A program made the position numbers and the translations under genes. Positions 9,150-18,089 of a stretch of DNA of 54,646 bases are shown in pieces. Under the pieces are notes generated by a model. It saw only the letters and a list, made by a program, of their open reading frames with translations. It was not told the origin of the DNA and did no database searches. The DNA is from a virus (Duplodnaviria > Caudoviricetes), in the IMG/VR virus record IMGVR_UViG_3300042312_000318, positions 1 to 54,646 of that record; one strand, written 5' to 3'. Every line of letters begins with the position of its first letter. Positions within the stretch are counted from its first letter, which is position 1.

Positions 9150-9765
9150 GCCGCCAGCGCCGCCGGTGTGGTTGCGCCGGCTGTGGGAGCGGATGATCTC
9201 GGCATACCCCCATCGTTGGGCTCCGACGATGGGCGAGAGCCCGCAGCATCCCGCAACGCTGCCCGACGGCCGGCCCCACCCGAAGGCCGGCCAGCTCACC
9301 GTTGCCGGCGACACCTGGGCGCGCGGCTTGGCCGGCTTCACCGGCGAGCAGATGGCGCGCGGTTTGGAGGGCTGTATCAACTCCGGCAAGGAATGGCCGC
9401 CGTCGCTCACCGAGTTCAAGATGCGAGCGCTCGGCATCCCATCCTTCTCCGAGGTCGCCGCAGACTCCGCGCGCGAGAACGCGCGACGCATGCCCTTCAC
9501 GATCGCCGTATTCCAGCGCATGGACCCCTGGAGCTATCGGCACGCGCCCGAGACGGGCGCCGAGAAGCTGCTGCGTCGCGCCTACGACGACACCGTCGAG
9601 GCGGTCATGAACGGAGCGTCGCTGCCCGATCCGTTGCCCGAGATCACACATCAGCCGGCGGCACCGAAGGCCCGCACCCCCGAAGTCGCCCGCGCCGCGA
9701 TCGACGAGATCCTGACGATGCTAAAGCCCGCCGCGGACGCAGAGCCGGAGACACCGAATGGCTGA
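9055..9765 (+). CDS. Replication protein P-like helicase loader
   Basis: Follows the initiator; WPPSLTEF motif. Confidence 0.6.
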   Translation: MKQITPRAAARALRNARSESTVSTTPAKASSEPPAPPVWLRRLWERMISAYPHRWAPTMGESPQHPATLPDGRPHPKAGQLTVAGDTWARGLAGFTGEQMARGLEGCINSGKEWPPSLTEFKMRALGIPSFSEVAADSARENARRMPFTIAVFQRMDPWSYRHAPETGAEKLLRRAYDDTVEAVMNGASLPDPLPEITHQPAAPKARTPEVARAAIDEILTMLKPAADAEPETPNG

Positions 9766-9825
9766 CCTTCTTCTGATTCTTGCGCTGATCGCGCTAATCC
9801 TGGGGACGTATCCCTGGGGCCGACG

Positions 9826-10302
9826 TTGAACGCGGTGACCTTCATCGTGCCCTTTACCCCGGTCGCGTGGCAACGAGCGGGCGTGACGTGGACGAACCAA
9901 GGCACGAAGCACTTCACGAGGCCGGAGACGCGCGCCTGGAAGCAGACAGTCGCAACCTATGCGCGATCCGCGATGCGCGGAGCGGTGCCGCTGAACGGCC
10001 CGCTCAAGCTTGAGCTCGCGTTCCTCCTGCCTATCCCTCCCAGCTGGCCGAACTGGAAACGCGAAGCCGCCGAGCGCGGCCAGATTGCGCCAACCGTCAA
10101 GCCGGATTTAGACAATCTTGAAAAGGCGGTCAAAGACGCGATGAACAAGATCGTGTGGATCGACGACGCGCAGGTCATCCGGTGCGAGAAGGAAAAGGCT
10201 TTCAGCGCGCGGCCCCGCGTCGTCATCACCATCACCACTCTACCCCTGCTGCCGGCCCAGGTCTCGCGCCGGCCCACGTCTGGAGAATGCAATGCGCAAT
10301 GA
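9826..10302 (+). CDS. rusA: RusA Holliday junction resolvase
   Basis: KPDLDNLEKAVKDAM...W.DDAQV. Confidence 0.9.
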   Translation: MNAVTFIVPFTPVAWQRAGVTWTNQGTKHFTRPETRAWKQTVATYARSAMRGAVPLNGPLKLELAFLLPIPPSWPNWKREAAERGQIAPTVKPDLDNLEKAVKDAMNKIVWIDDAQVIRCEKEKAFSARPRVVITITTLPLLPAQVSRRPTSGECNAQ

Positions 10303-10573
10303 AATCAAAATCACCTATGCTCCATTTGGGGCTAAAGCGGCATGCGTGGTGATAGCCAATCTATCCCACCAAATCCAAAGAACGCAAAGAAGGCTCCGAA
10401 AGTCAATCGAATCCACGAACGCAATGCGGCACGCTCTGGGCGCCGAGTGCATGGCGCGCAGGCTGCGGAACATGGGAGACATCCGTGCGGCTGAGGTCTG
10501 GGAACACCACGCCGCGCGATGCCGCCGCGTCGGCGCCCGCATCGACTTCGGGGGCGCGCCATGCACGCCGTAA
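10292..10573 (+). CDS. Hypothetical protein
   Basis: Overlap-coupled ORF. Confidence 0.5.
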   Translation: MRNEIKITYAPFGAKAACVVIANLSHQIQRTQRRLRKSIESTNAMRHALGAECMARRLRNMGDIRAAEVWEHHAARCRRVGARIDFGGAPCTP

Positions 10574-10860
10574 GCGAATTCGAACCGCGCACTCATGCGC
10601 GCGCCACCGACCCCGAAACCAGCCACGCAGCCGCGACGAGCGTCGCAGAATTCGCCGGCTCTCATTGCGACCGGATCATCGCGTGCCTGAAACTCTACGG
10701 GCCGCTGACCAAGGACGAGATCGCGACGCGCACCGGGCTGACCTCGGTGCAGGTTGACCGGCGCCTACCCGACCTGGAGCGTCAGGGTTTGGCCGAACCC
10801 ACCGGAGGCACCCGGCCATCGCACGCCGGCCGCGCCGAACGCATCTGGAGATCGGTATGA
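10561..10860 (+). CDS. Winged-helix protein
   Basis: ARATDPETSHAAA then GPLTKDEIA...RRLPDL. Confidence 0.7.
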   Translation: MHAVSEFEPRTHARATDPETSHAAATSVAEFAGSHCDRIIACLKLYGPLTKDEIATRTGLTSVQVDRRLPDLERQGLAEPTGGTRPSHAGRAERIWRSV

Positions 10861-10960
10861 CCGAAGCCCCACCGCCCGAGGTATCGAAGACGGCCGCTGC
10901 ACTTATCGATTATCTGCAGTGGCGCGATGCCGAAGGCCTCAATGGTGAGGCGTCAAAACC

Positions 10961-11329
10961 GTGAGCGCGAGCGAGATCGATCAAGTCATCGCCGTTATCG
11001 GCATGCCGGCTCTGATCGGCCTAACGCGGGTCTACGGTGGGGACATGCTCCGGGTGCCGGTGTCGGTTCGCGATGAGCATCCGCTGTGCGTGGCGATCGG
11101 CGTCGATGCCGCGCGCAAGCTGTGCGAGGCCTTCCCCGACGTGGAGATCTACGTTCCCGCCGAGCGCACCGCGCTGATTCGTGCACGCAATGACGCCATC
11201 GTTACCGCGTACCTCGCCCGCGAAGCAATCAGTAAGATCGCGCGCGAAAACCGGATAAGCCCGCGGATGGTGCGAAAAATCCTCGGCGCTGCAGGGGTTC
11301 AGGGGCGCGCGGCAATGGTCCCACCGTGA
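10961..11329 (+). CDS. Mor/C-family late transcription activator
   Basis: YGG...VP, IYVP, RNDAI......I..IA....IS.R.VRKIL; directly before the lysis genes. Confidence 0.8.
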   Translation: MSASEIDQVIAVIGMPALIGLTRVYGGDMLRVPVSVRDEHPLCVAIGVDAARKLCEAFPDVEIYVPAERTALIRARNDAIVTAYLAREAISKIARENRISPRMVRKILGAAGVQGRAAMVPP

Positions 11330-11354
11330 CCGGGACCAGTTCTTACGCTACCTT
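11314..11354 (+). promoter_or_regulatory. Putative late promoter (AATGGTCCCACC plus -10-like TACCTT)
   Basis: Same 12-mer and spacing recur before the protease gene. Confidence 0.6.
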
Positions 11355-11379
11355 CCGTAGCACTCCAGAGGACGTTGAC

Positions 11380-12363
11380 ATGCGCGACAAGCTGACCGCT
11401 GCAACCCGCTGGCTACGCACCCATATCGAACTGACCGCCATCCTGCCGCTATTGCTTGCGGGAATGGCGGGCGCATGGTTCGTGACCTGGGCGCGCGGCC
11501 TTCCCGTCATCGAGATCGGCCCGATCCTGGTCGATTACCTCGTCGGCTTGGTGCCGACTGCCCTGCTCGGCTACCTCGCGTGGCGATGGAAAGCCGAGTA
11601 CTGGCACGACCTGAGCGCCGACGAAGAGCGCGAACTGCACTCGGCCGCGCGCGACGGCAACCGCAGCGCGCTGTGGCTGATCGTCAAGGACCGGCTCGAA
11701 TGGATCACGATCTTCGTGCTGCTGCTGATCGCCTTCGGCACGTTCTCGGGCGCGGCGAACGCTCAGGACGGCGCGCGCGACCTGATCGTGCGATGGGAGG
11801 TCGGCGGCAAGGGCCGATACGTCGCGGACCTGCAGCGGCCCATCTGGCCGGGCGGCGCCTCGGGCGTCACCTGGGGCATCGGCTACGACGGCGGTCACCA
11901 GCACCCGGACACGATCCGGCGCGACTGGGCCACGCACCCGGCCGCCCCGCGGCTGGCTACGACCGCGGGCTTCACCGGCACCGAGGCGCGCGCCATCCTG
12001 CCCCGCTACCGCGACATCATCGTCAGCTGGGCCGACGCAATCCGCGTGCTGGATTCCAGCAGCATCCCCGTCTACCGAGCCCGCGCGCGACAGGCCTACG
12101 GCCGCGCCTTCGACATGGCGCCGATCGGTGTGCAGGACGCGCTGACCTCCGAGGTCTACAACCGAGGTCCGGGGATGGCGGGCAGCCGGCGCGAAGAGCG
12201 CCGGGTCATCCGGGACGTATGCTTGCCCGCCCGGGATGTCGAGTGCGTTGCTCGGCAGCTGGAGCGCAGCTGCCGGGTTTGGGCCGGTACGCCCAATGGC
12301 CGCGGCCTATGTGGGCGCCGGCAGGACGAGGCGCGCGTCGCCCGAGCGGGAGGTGTTGCTTGA
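11380..12363 (+). CDS. Endolysin (lysozyme fold) with N-terminal three-TM region
   Basis: WEV...Y...PIWPGGASGVTWGIGYD and YNRG after three hydrophobic segments ending in AANA. Confidence 0.85.
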   Translation: MRDKLTAATRWLRTHIELTAILPLLLAGMAGAWFVTWARGLPVIEIGPILVDYLVGLVPTALLGYLAWRWKAEYWHDLSADEERELHSAARDGNRSALWLIVKDRLEWITIFVLLLIAFGTFSGAANAQDGARDLIVRWEVGGKGRYVADLQRPIWPGGASGVTWGIGYDGGHQHPDTIRRDWATHPAAPRLATTAGFTGTEARAILPRYRDIIVSWADAIRVLDSSSIPVYRARARQAYGRAFDMAPIGVQDALTSEVYNRGPGMAGSRREERRVIRDVCLPARDVECVARQLERSCRVWAGTPNGRGLCGRRQDEARVARAGGVA

Positions 12364-12644
12364 ACTCCAACGAGATTAAGCCCCGCGACCGCTTTTACAT
12401 CACACGCGATCGGGCGATTGCTCTCGGCTTCACCCATGAGGGCAGCCTGTACGGCGCGCCGTCGTGGATGATCCCAGAGGGCGACGATGCCGGCGTCGGC
12501 GTGCCGAAGTTTGTCCCGATGTTGGCCTGGGTCTTCCTGTGCGAGGCCGTCGCCGATTTGTTCACTTGGTTCATGACCGAAGACCAAGTGCTTAAGCTGC
12601 CGATCCATGTGCGCGGACGCATCGACGGAGCCATTCAGGCATGA
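12360..12644 (+). CDS. Hypothetical protein in the lysis cassette
   Basis: TTG start overlapping the endolysin stop. Confidence 0.55.
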   Translation: MNSNEIKPRDRFYITRDRAIALGFTHEGSLYGAPSWMIPEGDDAGVGVPKFVPMLAWVFLCEAVADLFTWFMTEDQVLKLPIHVRGRIDGAIQA

Positions 12645-13075
12645 TCATCCCCGCCCTCGCCACCCTCACCACCGGCCAGCGCATCGCCGGCGCCGCCCTG
12701 GGCATCGCTCTGTGGCTGCTGCCCGCCCTCGGCGTTTGGCTCTACATGGCCGCCAAGGCCGACGCGGCCGAGGAACTCGGCAAGGCCACGGCGCAGGCCG
12801 AGTGCGCCGAGCGCCAGACCGAGGCGCTGGCCACCGCGATCAAAGAGGCCCGAGAGGAATGGGTGAAGACCCAGAAGGGCATCGACGATCGCGCCGAGCG
12901 CGATGCGCGCGAGATCGCTCGCTTCCTCGCCGACGCCCGCCGTTCCGCCGCCAGAATCTCTAAGGACATGCAGGCCCATGCACAAGCGAATCCCCTATCT
13001 CCTGGCTGCCGCGCTGACCCTGAGCGTGTCCGCATGTGGAACCAATCCCGTCGTGGTGACCCCCCCGAAGGCTGA
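12641..13075 (+). CDS. i-spanin (Rz-like)
   Basis: N-terminal TM, coiled coil, C-terminal Cys. Confidence 0.75.
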   Translation: MIIPALATLTTGQRIAGAALGIALWLLPALGVWLYMAAKADAAEELGKATAQAECAERQTEALATAIKEAREEWVKTQKGIDDRAERDAREIARFLADARRSAARISKDMQAHAQANPLSPGCRADPERVRMWNQSRRGDPPEG

Positions 13076-13295
13076 GCCGCTCGACCTGCGATGCGACGCG
13101 GATCAAGCCGCCATGTGCTCCGGCGACTGTGCCGAGCTGCCCATATGGCAGCCCGACGCAGACGGAACGGGCAATTTCGACAGCCTCCTGCAGCTTGGGC
13201 CGCAGGATCGCGTCGTGACCGCCGACTGCCGCGCGAAGCTCCGAGCGTGCCAGGCGTGCCTAGATCGCGGCCGCAAGGCGGGGGTGATCCGGTGA
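12978..13295 (+). CDS. o-spanin lipoprotein (Rz1-like)
   Basis: Signal peptide with lipobox VSAC; overlaps the i-spanin 3' end. Confidence 0.75.
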   Translation: MHKRIPYLLAAALTLSVSACGTNPVVVTPPKAEPLDLRCDADQAAMCSGDCAELPIWQPDADGTGNFDSLLQLGPQDRVVTADCRAKLRACQACLDRGRKAGVIR

Positions 13296-13669
13296 CCGAC
13301 AGCGTCCTGCATCATCGCGTGGACCACCTTGAGCGGTCGCATCAATCAATCGCGAAGAGCTTGGAGGCCCTCGTCCGCCTTGAACAGCACCATGCAGACA
13401 CCCGCTCGGGGCTTGAGCGCGCATGGAAGGCCATCGAGACCTACCGCGAGCGCATGGGCGAGATCGAGGACCGCATCCCGAAAAAACTCGACGACCGCCT
13501 GCAGGCCATTGAGCGCGAGATGCCCAGCCTCAAGGAGACATCCCGCTGGGTCAAGCTCGGCGTGCTGGCCGTGGTCAGCATGGCCGGGACTCTCGTCTGG
13601 TCAACGATCACAGAGCAAAAGGAAGCGGCGCCCCAGTCCGTGCAGGCTGCGCCCGCCCCCAAACAGTGA
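13292..13669 (+). CDS. Coiled-coil protein with C-terminal TM
   Basis: GTGA coupling; WVKLGVLAVVSMAGTLVW. Confidence 0.6.
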   Translation: MTDSVLHHRVDHLERSHQSIAKSLEALVRLEQHHADTRSGLERAWKAIETYRERMGEIEDRIPKKLDDRLQAIEREMPSLKETSRWVKLGVLAVVSMAGTLVWSTITEQKEAAPQSVQAAPAPKQ

Positions 13670-14154
13670 GCTGGCGCAACCGCATCGTAGGTGAGGCCGT
13701 CGTCGATCCAGGCGAGCTCGCAGACAACCCGGCAAACTTCCGCCGGCACGATGAGTACCAGCAGGCGGCCATGGACGGTAGCCTGACCGAGTTGGGATGG
13801 ATCCAGCGCGTCATCGTCAACCGCAACACCGGGCGCATCATTGACGGCCACCTGCGCGCGCAACTGGCGCGCGATGCCGGCGAGTTGGTGCCGGTCGTCT
13901 ACGTGGACCTGACCGAGAGCGAGGAACGCCTTGCGCTCGCCAGCATTGACCCGATCGCCGCCATGGCCGAGACCGACCAAGCCGCGCTCGACGAGTTGCT
14001 CGGCGGTATCGAAGTAGATCACGCCGGCCTTGCGATGCTGTTCGACAGCCTGCGTACCGCGGAGCCGCCGCAGAATCCCGGCGGCGAGGGCGACCAGGGC
14101 CGCCTTGACCGCAAGACGATGCACACCTGCCCAAACTGCGGGCATGAGTTCTGA
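13666..14154 (+). CDS. ParB-like N-terminal domain protein with C-terminal Zn ribbon
   Basis: NPANFRRH, IIDGHLR, CPNCGHEF. Confidence 0.75.
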   Translation: MSWRNRIVGEAVVDPGELADNPANFRRHDEYQQAAMDGSLTELGWIQRVIVNRNTGRIIDGHLRAQLARDAGELVPVVYVDLTESEERLALASIDPIAAMAETDQAALDELLGGIEVDHAGLAMLFDSLRTAEPPQNPGGEGDQGRLDRKTMHTCPNCGHEF

Positions 14155-14395
14155 CCTGCGTATGGACTGGGCGACCCACGCCGCCGCCGTGTACGCATGC
14201 CGACACTGGCACTACTCCGGCTGCATGCCGGCCGGAAAGACGGTTAAGGTCGGCGCATGGGAACTCGGCCGCTTCATCGGATGCGTCATCTTCGGCCGCG
14301 GGGCGAACAACAATTCGACACCGACCCGAACGCTCCACCCATCACAGTTCGCCGCGCTACCCGTGGAAGCCCGCGTAGGCTCCGTGCTACGTTAA
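14144..14395 (+). pseudogene. Truncated Mom-family DNA modification gene
   Basis: YACRHWHYS....GK.VKVGAWE..FIGCVIFGRGA, then similarity ends and a stop follows at about 83 aa. Confidence 0.6.
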
Positions 14396-14459
14396 AGCGG
14401 ACCCCAGGGGCGGCATAAGCCACCCGGGGGCGTGAACACCCCCATGCAGTGAACAGCCC

Positions 14460-14987
14460 ATGCCCGGCGAAAAGCGATCAAAGGCCCAGAAGATCAAGGA
14501 CCGCGAGACTATCTCGCGCCTGCGCCTGCGCGGCCGAACCCTGAGCGAGATAGCGGCCGAAACCGGCCTGAGCGTCATGACGGTGCGCCGGGAGTTGAAA
14601 GCGCTGGTCGGCGAATGGCAGAAAAGCGCGGCCGAGGACATCGCCGCGGTCAAGGCCCGCGAGTTGCGCCGGCTGGACGCAATTGAGGCCGAGACGTGGT
14701 CCGAGTGGGAGCGCTCGAAGAAAGATTACGTTAAGAGGGTCGCCGAGAAGGGCGGCAAGGAAGGCAGCAAGTCCAAGATTGAGACCGGAGGCCAGTGCGG
14801 CGACCCGCGCTACCTGACCGTTTTGGTCAACATCGGCGAGCGCCGGGCGAAGATCCTGGGCATGGACGCGCCGCAAAAGGTCGCCCCGACCGATCCGAGC
14901 GGCGAACGCGAATACTCGTCTTACTCCGACGCCGAGATTGAGGCGCGCATCGCTGAATTGACGGCGAAGTACGGCACGCCGAAGTGA
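14460..14987 (+). CDS. Terminase small subunit (HTH)
   Basis: HTH; RAKILGMDAP; directly upstream of TerL. Confidence 0.7.
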   Translation: MPGEKRSKAQKIKDRETISRLRLRGRTLSEIAAETGLSVMTVRRELKALVGEWQKSAAEDIAAVKARELRRLDAIEAETWSEWERSKKDYVKRVAEKGGKEGSKSKIETGGQCGDPRYLTVLVNIGERRAKILGMDAPQKVAPTDPSGEREYSSYSDAEIEARIAELTAKYGTPK

Positions 14988-16582
14988 GTGCGCTGGCGGC
15001 CAGCGACCGCCGGGACCGTGAGCGGCTGCTAAAGCTGCTGGAGGAGCGCCGTCGCCGGCTAGCCCGGGACGACCTGAACGCATACTGCAGGTACATCGAG
15101 ATCCCGGGGGCGCCGATCAATGACGAGGACCCCGACTGCGCCGAGTTCTATCGCGATACCGTCACGCCGGCCGAACATCACCAGCTGATCAATCGGACCC
15201 TGATGCGCGTCGAGGCCGGCGAGATGCGCCGGATCATGATCTTCATGCCCCCTGGCTCGGCCAAATCGACCTACGGCACCGTGACCTTTCCGACGTGGTT
15301 CATGGGCCGCAAGCGCGGCCGGCACGTCATCACGACCAGCTACGGCGCCGACCTCGCCCGCAAGTTCGGCCGAAAGTGCCGGCAGATCGCGCGGTCAAAG
15401 GAGTATCGCGAGGTGTTCGGCACCGGCCTCGTGTCGGACAACAAGGCGGCCGACGACTGGGCGCTTGATTCCGGGTCGAGCTTTATGGCGGCCGGTATTG
15501 ATGCCGGCATCACGGGCAACCGCGCCGACGGCATTGTGATCGATGACCCGCTCAAGGGCCGCCAGGACGCCGACAGCGAGACGATCAGGAATCGCATCTG
15601 GGAGGAGTACAAGGCCAGCGTGCGCACCCGTCTAAAGCCGGGCGGGTTTATCCTCATCATCCAGACCCGGTGGCACGAGGACGACATCGCCGGCCGCATC
15701 CTGCCCAAGGACTGGGACGGCGAGTCGGGTTGGGTGACAGCTCAGGATGGCGAAAAATGGTACGTGCTGTGCTTGCAGGCGCAGTGCGAGCGGCAAGATG
15801 ACCCGCTCGGCCGCGAGATCGGCGAATGGTTGTGGACCGACTGGTTCACGCCGGAACACTGGGAGCAGGAACGGCGCACGCAGGGCTCCCGCAACTGGGC
15901 CGCCCTGTACCAGCAGAAGCCGGCGCCCGATGATGGCGGGCTGTGGAAGCTGTCCTGGTTCGGTCGATACAAGGGCCTGCCCGAAGACCGCATCATGGTC
16001 GTCCAGTCCTGGGACACCGCGAACAAGGCGGCCGAGATCAATGACCCCAGCGTATGCACAACCTGGATCGTAAGTCGCCGCGGCAAGTTCATCGCGCACG
16101 TCCTGCGCGAGCGGATGGAGTACCCGGCCCTGCGCCGCACCGCGATCGCCCACGCCAAGGCATGGAACCCGGACGCGGTGCTGATTGAGGACAAGGCCAG
16201 CGGCCAGCAACTTATCCAAGACCTCAAGGACACGACCTCGCTACCCGTGATCGCGATTGAGCCCGAAGGTGACAAGGTCACCCGCGCGAGCGTGGTCAGC
16301 CCGACCATCGAATCGGGTCAGGTGTATCTGCCCGAGGAAGCCGACTGGTTGCTGGATTACGAGATGGAGGTCGGCCGCTTCCCGCTGTCGAAGCACAAGG
16401 ACCAGGTGGATAGCACCTCGCAGGCCCTGCGCTGGATGCAGGACCGCGTGAGCATCACGGGCGTCGCCACGTCAGGCGATCAGCGCGTCGGCTACGGCGC
16501 GGGCGCCTCTACTAGTTCCGGTAGCGCGTTCGGCTTTGGTAGTATCGGCGGCGGCACCGACACCTCGGGATTCATCGTATGA
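14984..16582 (+). CDS. terL: Terminase large subunit
   Basis: MPPGSAKS (Walker A), IVIDDP (Walker B), QTRWH, SWDTA, KDQVDS nuclease motifs. Confidence 0.93.
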   Translation: MSALAASDRRDRERLLKLLEERRRRLARDDLNAYCRYIEIPGAPINDEDPDCAEFYRDTVTPAEHHQLINRTLMRVEAGEMRRIMIFMPPGSAKSTYGTVTFPTWFMGRKRGRHVITTSYGADLARKFGRKCRQIARSKEYREVFGTGLVSDNKAADDWALDSGSSFMAAGIDAGITGNRADGIVIDDPLKGRQDADSETIRNRIWEEYKASVRTRLKPGGFILIIQTRWHEDDIAGRILPKDWDGESGWVTAQDGEKWYVLCLQAQCERQDDPLGREIGEWLWTDWFTPEHWEQERRTQGSRNWAALYQQKPAPDDGGLWKLSWFGRYKGLPEDRIMVVQSWDTANKAAEINDPSVCTTWIVSRRGKFIAHVLRERMEYPALRRTAIAHAKAWNPDAVLIEDKASGQQLIQDLKDTTSLPVIAIEPEGDKVTRASVVSPTIESGQVYLPEEADWLLDYEMEVGRFPLSKHKDQVDSTSQALRWMQDRVSITGVATSGDQRVGYGAGASTSSGSAFGFGSIGGGTDTSGFIV

Positions 16583-18081
16583 CGCAGATCGCCAAGCCGG
16601 TCACCGAAGAGCTGGCGCAGACCGATGCCGCCATCCTCGGCCGGACTATTCTCGGGGCCGCCCCCTACACCGACCTGCTCATCCCGAGCGACACGGTTCT
16701 GGCCCAGAAGGGCCGCGACTACAACGTGTACCGCGAGGTTCTGCGCGACGACCAGTGCAAGGCGACGTTCCAGCAGCGCCGCGACGCGGTGATCGCCTGC
16801 AACTGGGACGTCGAGCCCGGCGGCAAGCGCGCCATCGACAAGGCGGCCGCTCAGTTCATCAAGGAGCAACTGGAGGCCATCGACTTCGACCGGGCGACGA
16901 ACGGCATGCTGCATGGCGTGTGGTACGGCCACGCCGTGGCCGAATGCATGTGGCGCACCGGTGGCCGCTACGTCGAACTTGACCGCATCATCGTGCGCGA
17001 GCGGCACCGCTTCGCCTATGGCGTCGATGGTTCGCTGTGGCTCAATCGCCCCACGGGCTATGCGCAGATGCCCGAGCGCAAGTTCTGGACGCTCAACACC
17101 GGCGCCGATCACGACGACGAGCCCTACGGCCTGGGCCTCGCGCATTACTGCTACTGGCCGGTTTTCTTCAAGCGCAACGACATCAAGTTCTGGCTGGTGT
17201 TCCTGGAGAAATTCGCCTCTCCGACCGTGAAGGGCGCTGCGCCGAAGGCGATCATCGACGACCCGGTCGAGCGCAACAAGGTGCTGGCTCAACTGCGCTC
17301 GTTCGCCCACGACACCGCTATCCTGGTGCCCGAGGGCGTCGAGGTCGGGTTGCTCGAAGCGGCGCGCACCGGCGTCTCGTCCTACGAGGGCCTTTGCAAG
17401 GCGATGGACGCAGCGATCGCGAAGATCGTGCTATCGCAGACCATGACCACGGACAACGGCAGCAGCCGATCCCAGGCCGAGGTTCACGAGGGCGTGCGCG
17501 ACATCGTGGTCAAGTCCGATGCCGACCTGTTGTGCGGTTCGCTGAACCAAGGGCCGGTAAAGTGGCTCACCGAGTGGAATTTCCCCGGCGCGATGCCCCC
17601 GCGCGTATGGCGCAACGTCGAGCCGCCCGAAGACCTGAACAGCCGCGCCGAGCGCGATGCGAAGATTTACGCGCTGGGCTACGAGCCGACCGAGGACTAC
17701 ATCACAGAGACCTACGGCGAGGGCTGGCAGAAAAAGGCCGTGCAGCAAGGCGTTCTGCCCGATCAGCTGGGACAGATCCCGAGCCAGCTGGCCGCCGAGT
17801 TCGCGGAGCTGGGAGCGATCGCCGCGCTGCGCGGCTCCAAGCGTGCCGATCAGCAGCAGATTGCGGATGCCGCCCGCCGGTTCGCCGCCCGCTACGAGGG
17901 CGTGATCGGCGATCGCGTGTCGCAGATCCTCGCCTTCGCCGAGCAGTCCGGCGACTACGTGACCGCGCGCAAGCACCTGGCTGCGATGATGGCCGAGGCA
18001 CCGCCGGCGCAGTCGGTCGAGGCCGTCGCTGATGCCGGCATCCTGTCCCGGCTGCTCGGCTGGTTCCGCGGGCAGCGCTGA
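16579..18081 (+). CDS. Portal protein (Mu gp29/DUF935-like)
   Basis: PYGLGL...YWPVFFK...W..FLEKF, LSQTMT, S..QAEVH. Confidence 0.9.
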   Translation: MTQIAKPVTEELAQTDAAILGRTILGAAPYTDLLIPSDTVLAQKGRDYNVYREVLRDDQCKATFQQRRDAVIACNWDVEPGGKRAIDKAAAQFIKEQLEAIDFDRATNGMLHGVWYGHAVAECMWRTGGRYVELDRIIVRERHRFAYGVDGSLWLNRPTGYAQMPERKFWTLNTGADHDDEPYGLGLAHYCYWPVFFKRNDIKFWLVFLEKFASPTVKGAAPKAIIDDPVERNKVLAQLRSFAHDTAILVPEGVEVGLLEAARTGVSSYEGLCKAMDAAIAKIVLSQTMTTDNGSSRSQAEVHEGVRDIVVKSDADLLCGSLNQGPVKWLTEWNFPGAMPPRVWRNVEPPEDLNSRAERDAKIYALGYEPTEDYITETYGEGWQKKAVQQGVLPDQLGQIPSQLAAEFAELGAIAALRGSKRADQQQIADAARRFAARYEGVIGDRVSQILAFAEQSGDYVTARKHLAAMMAEAPPAQSVEAVADAGILSRLLGWFRGQR

Positions 18082-18089
18082 GCGTCGCC

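Noticed and set aside
11475-12359. 389-aa ORF overlapping the endolysin
   Set aside because: Arg/Pro-rich off-frame sequence; only the part from TTG 12360 looks like a real protein
13666-14154. Plasmid-prophage partition system
   Set aside because: No ParA or parS array seen; the ParB-like domain is of the type found next to modification and terminase genes
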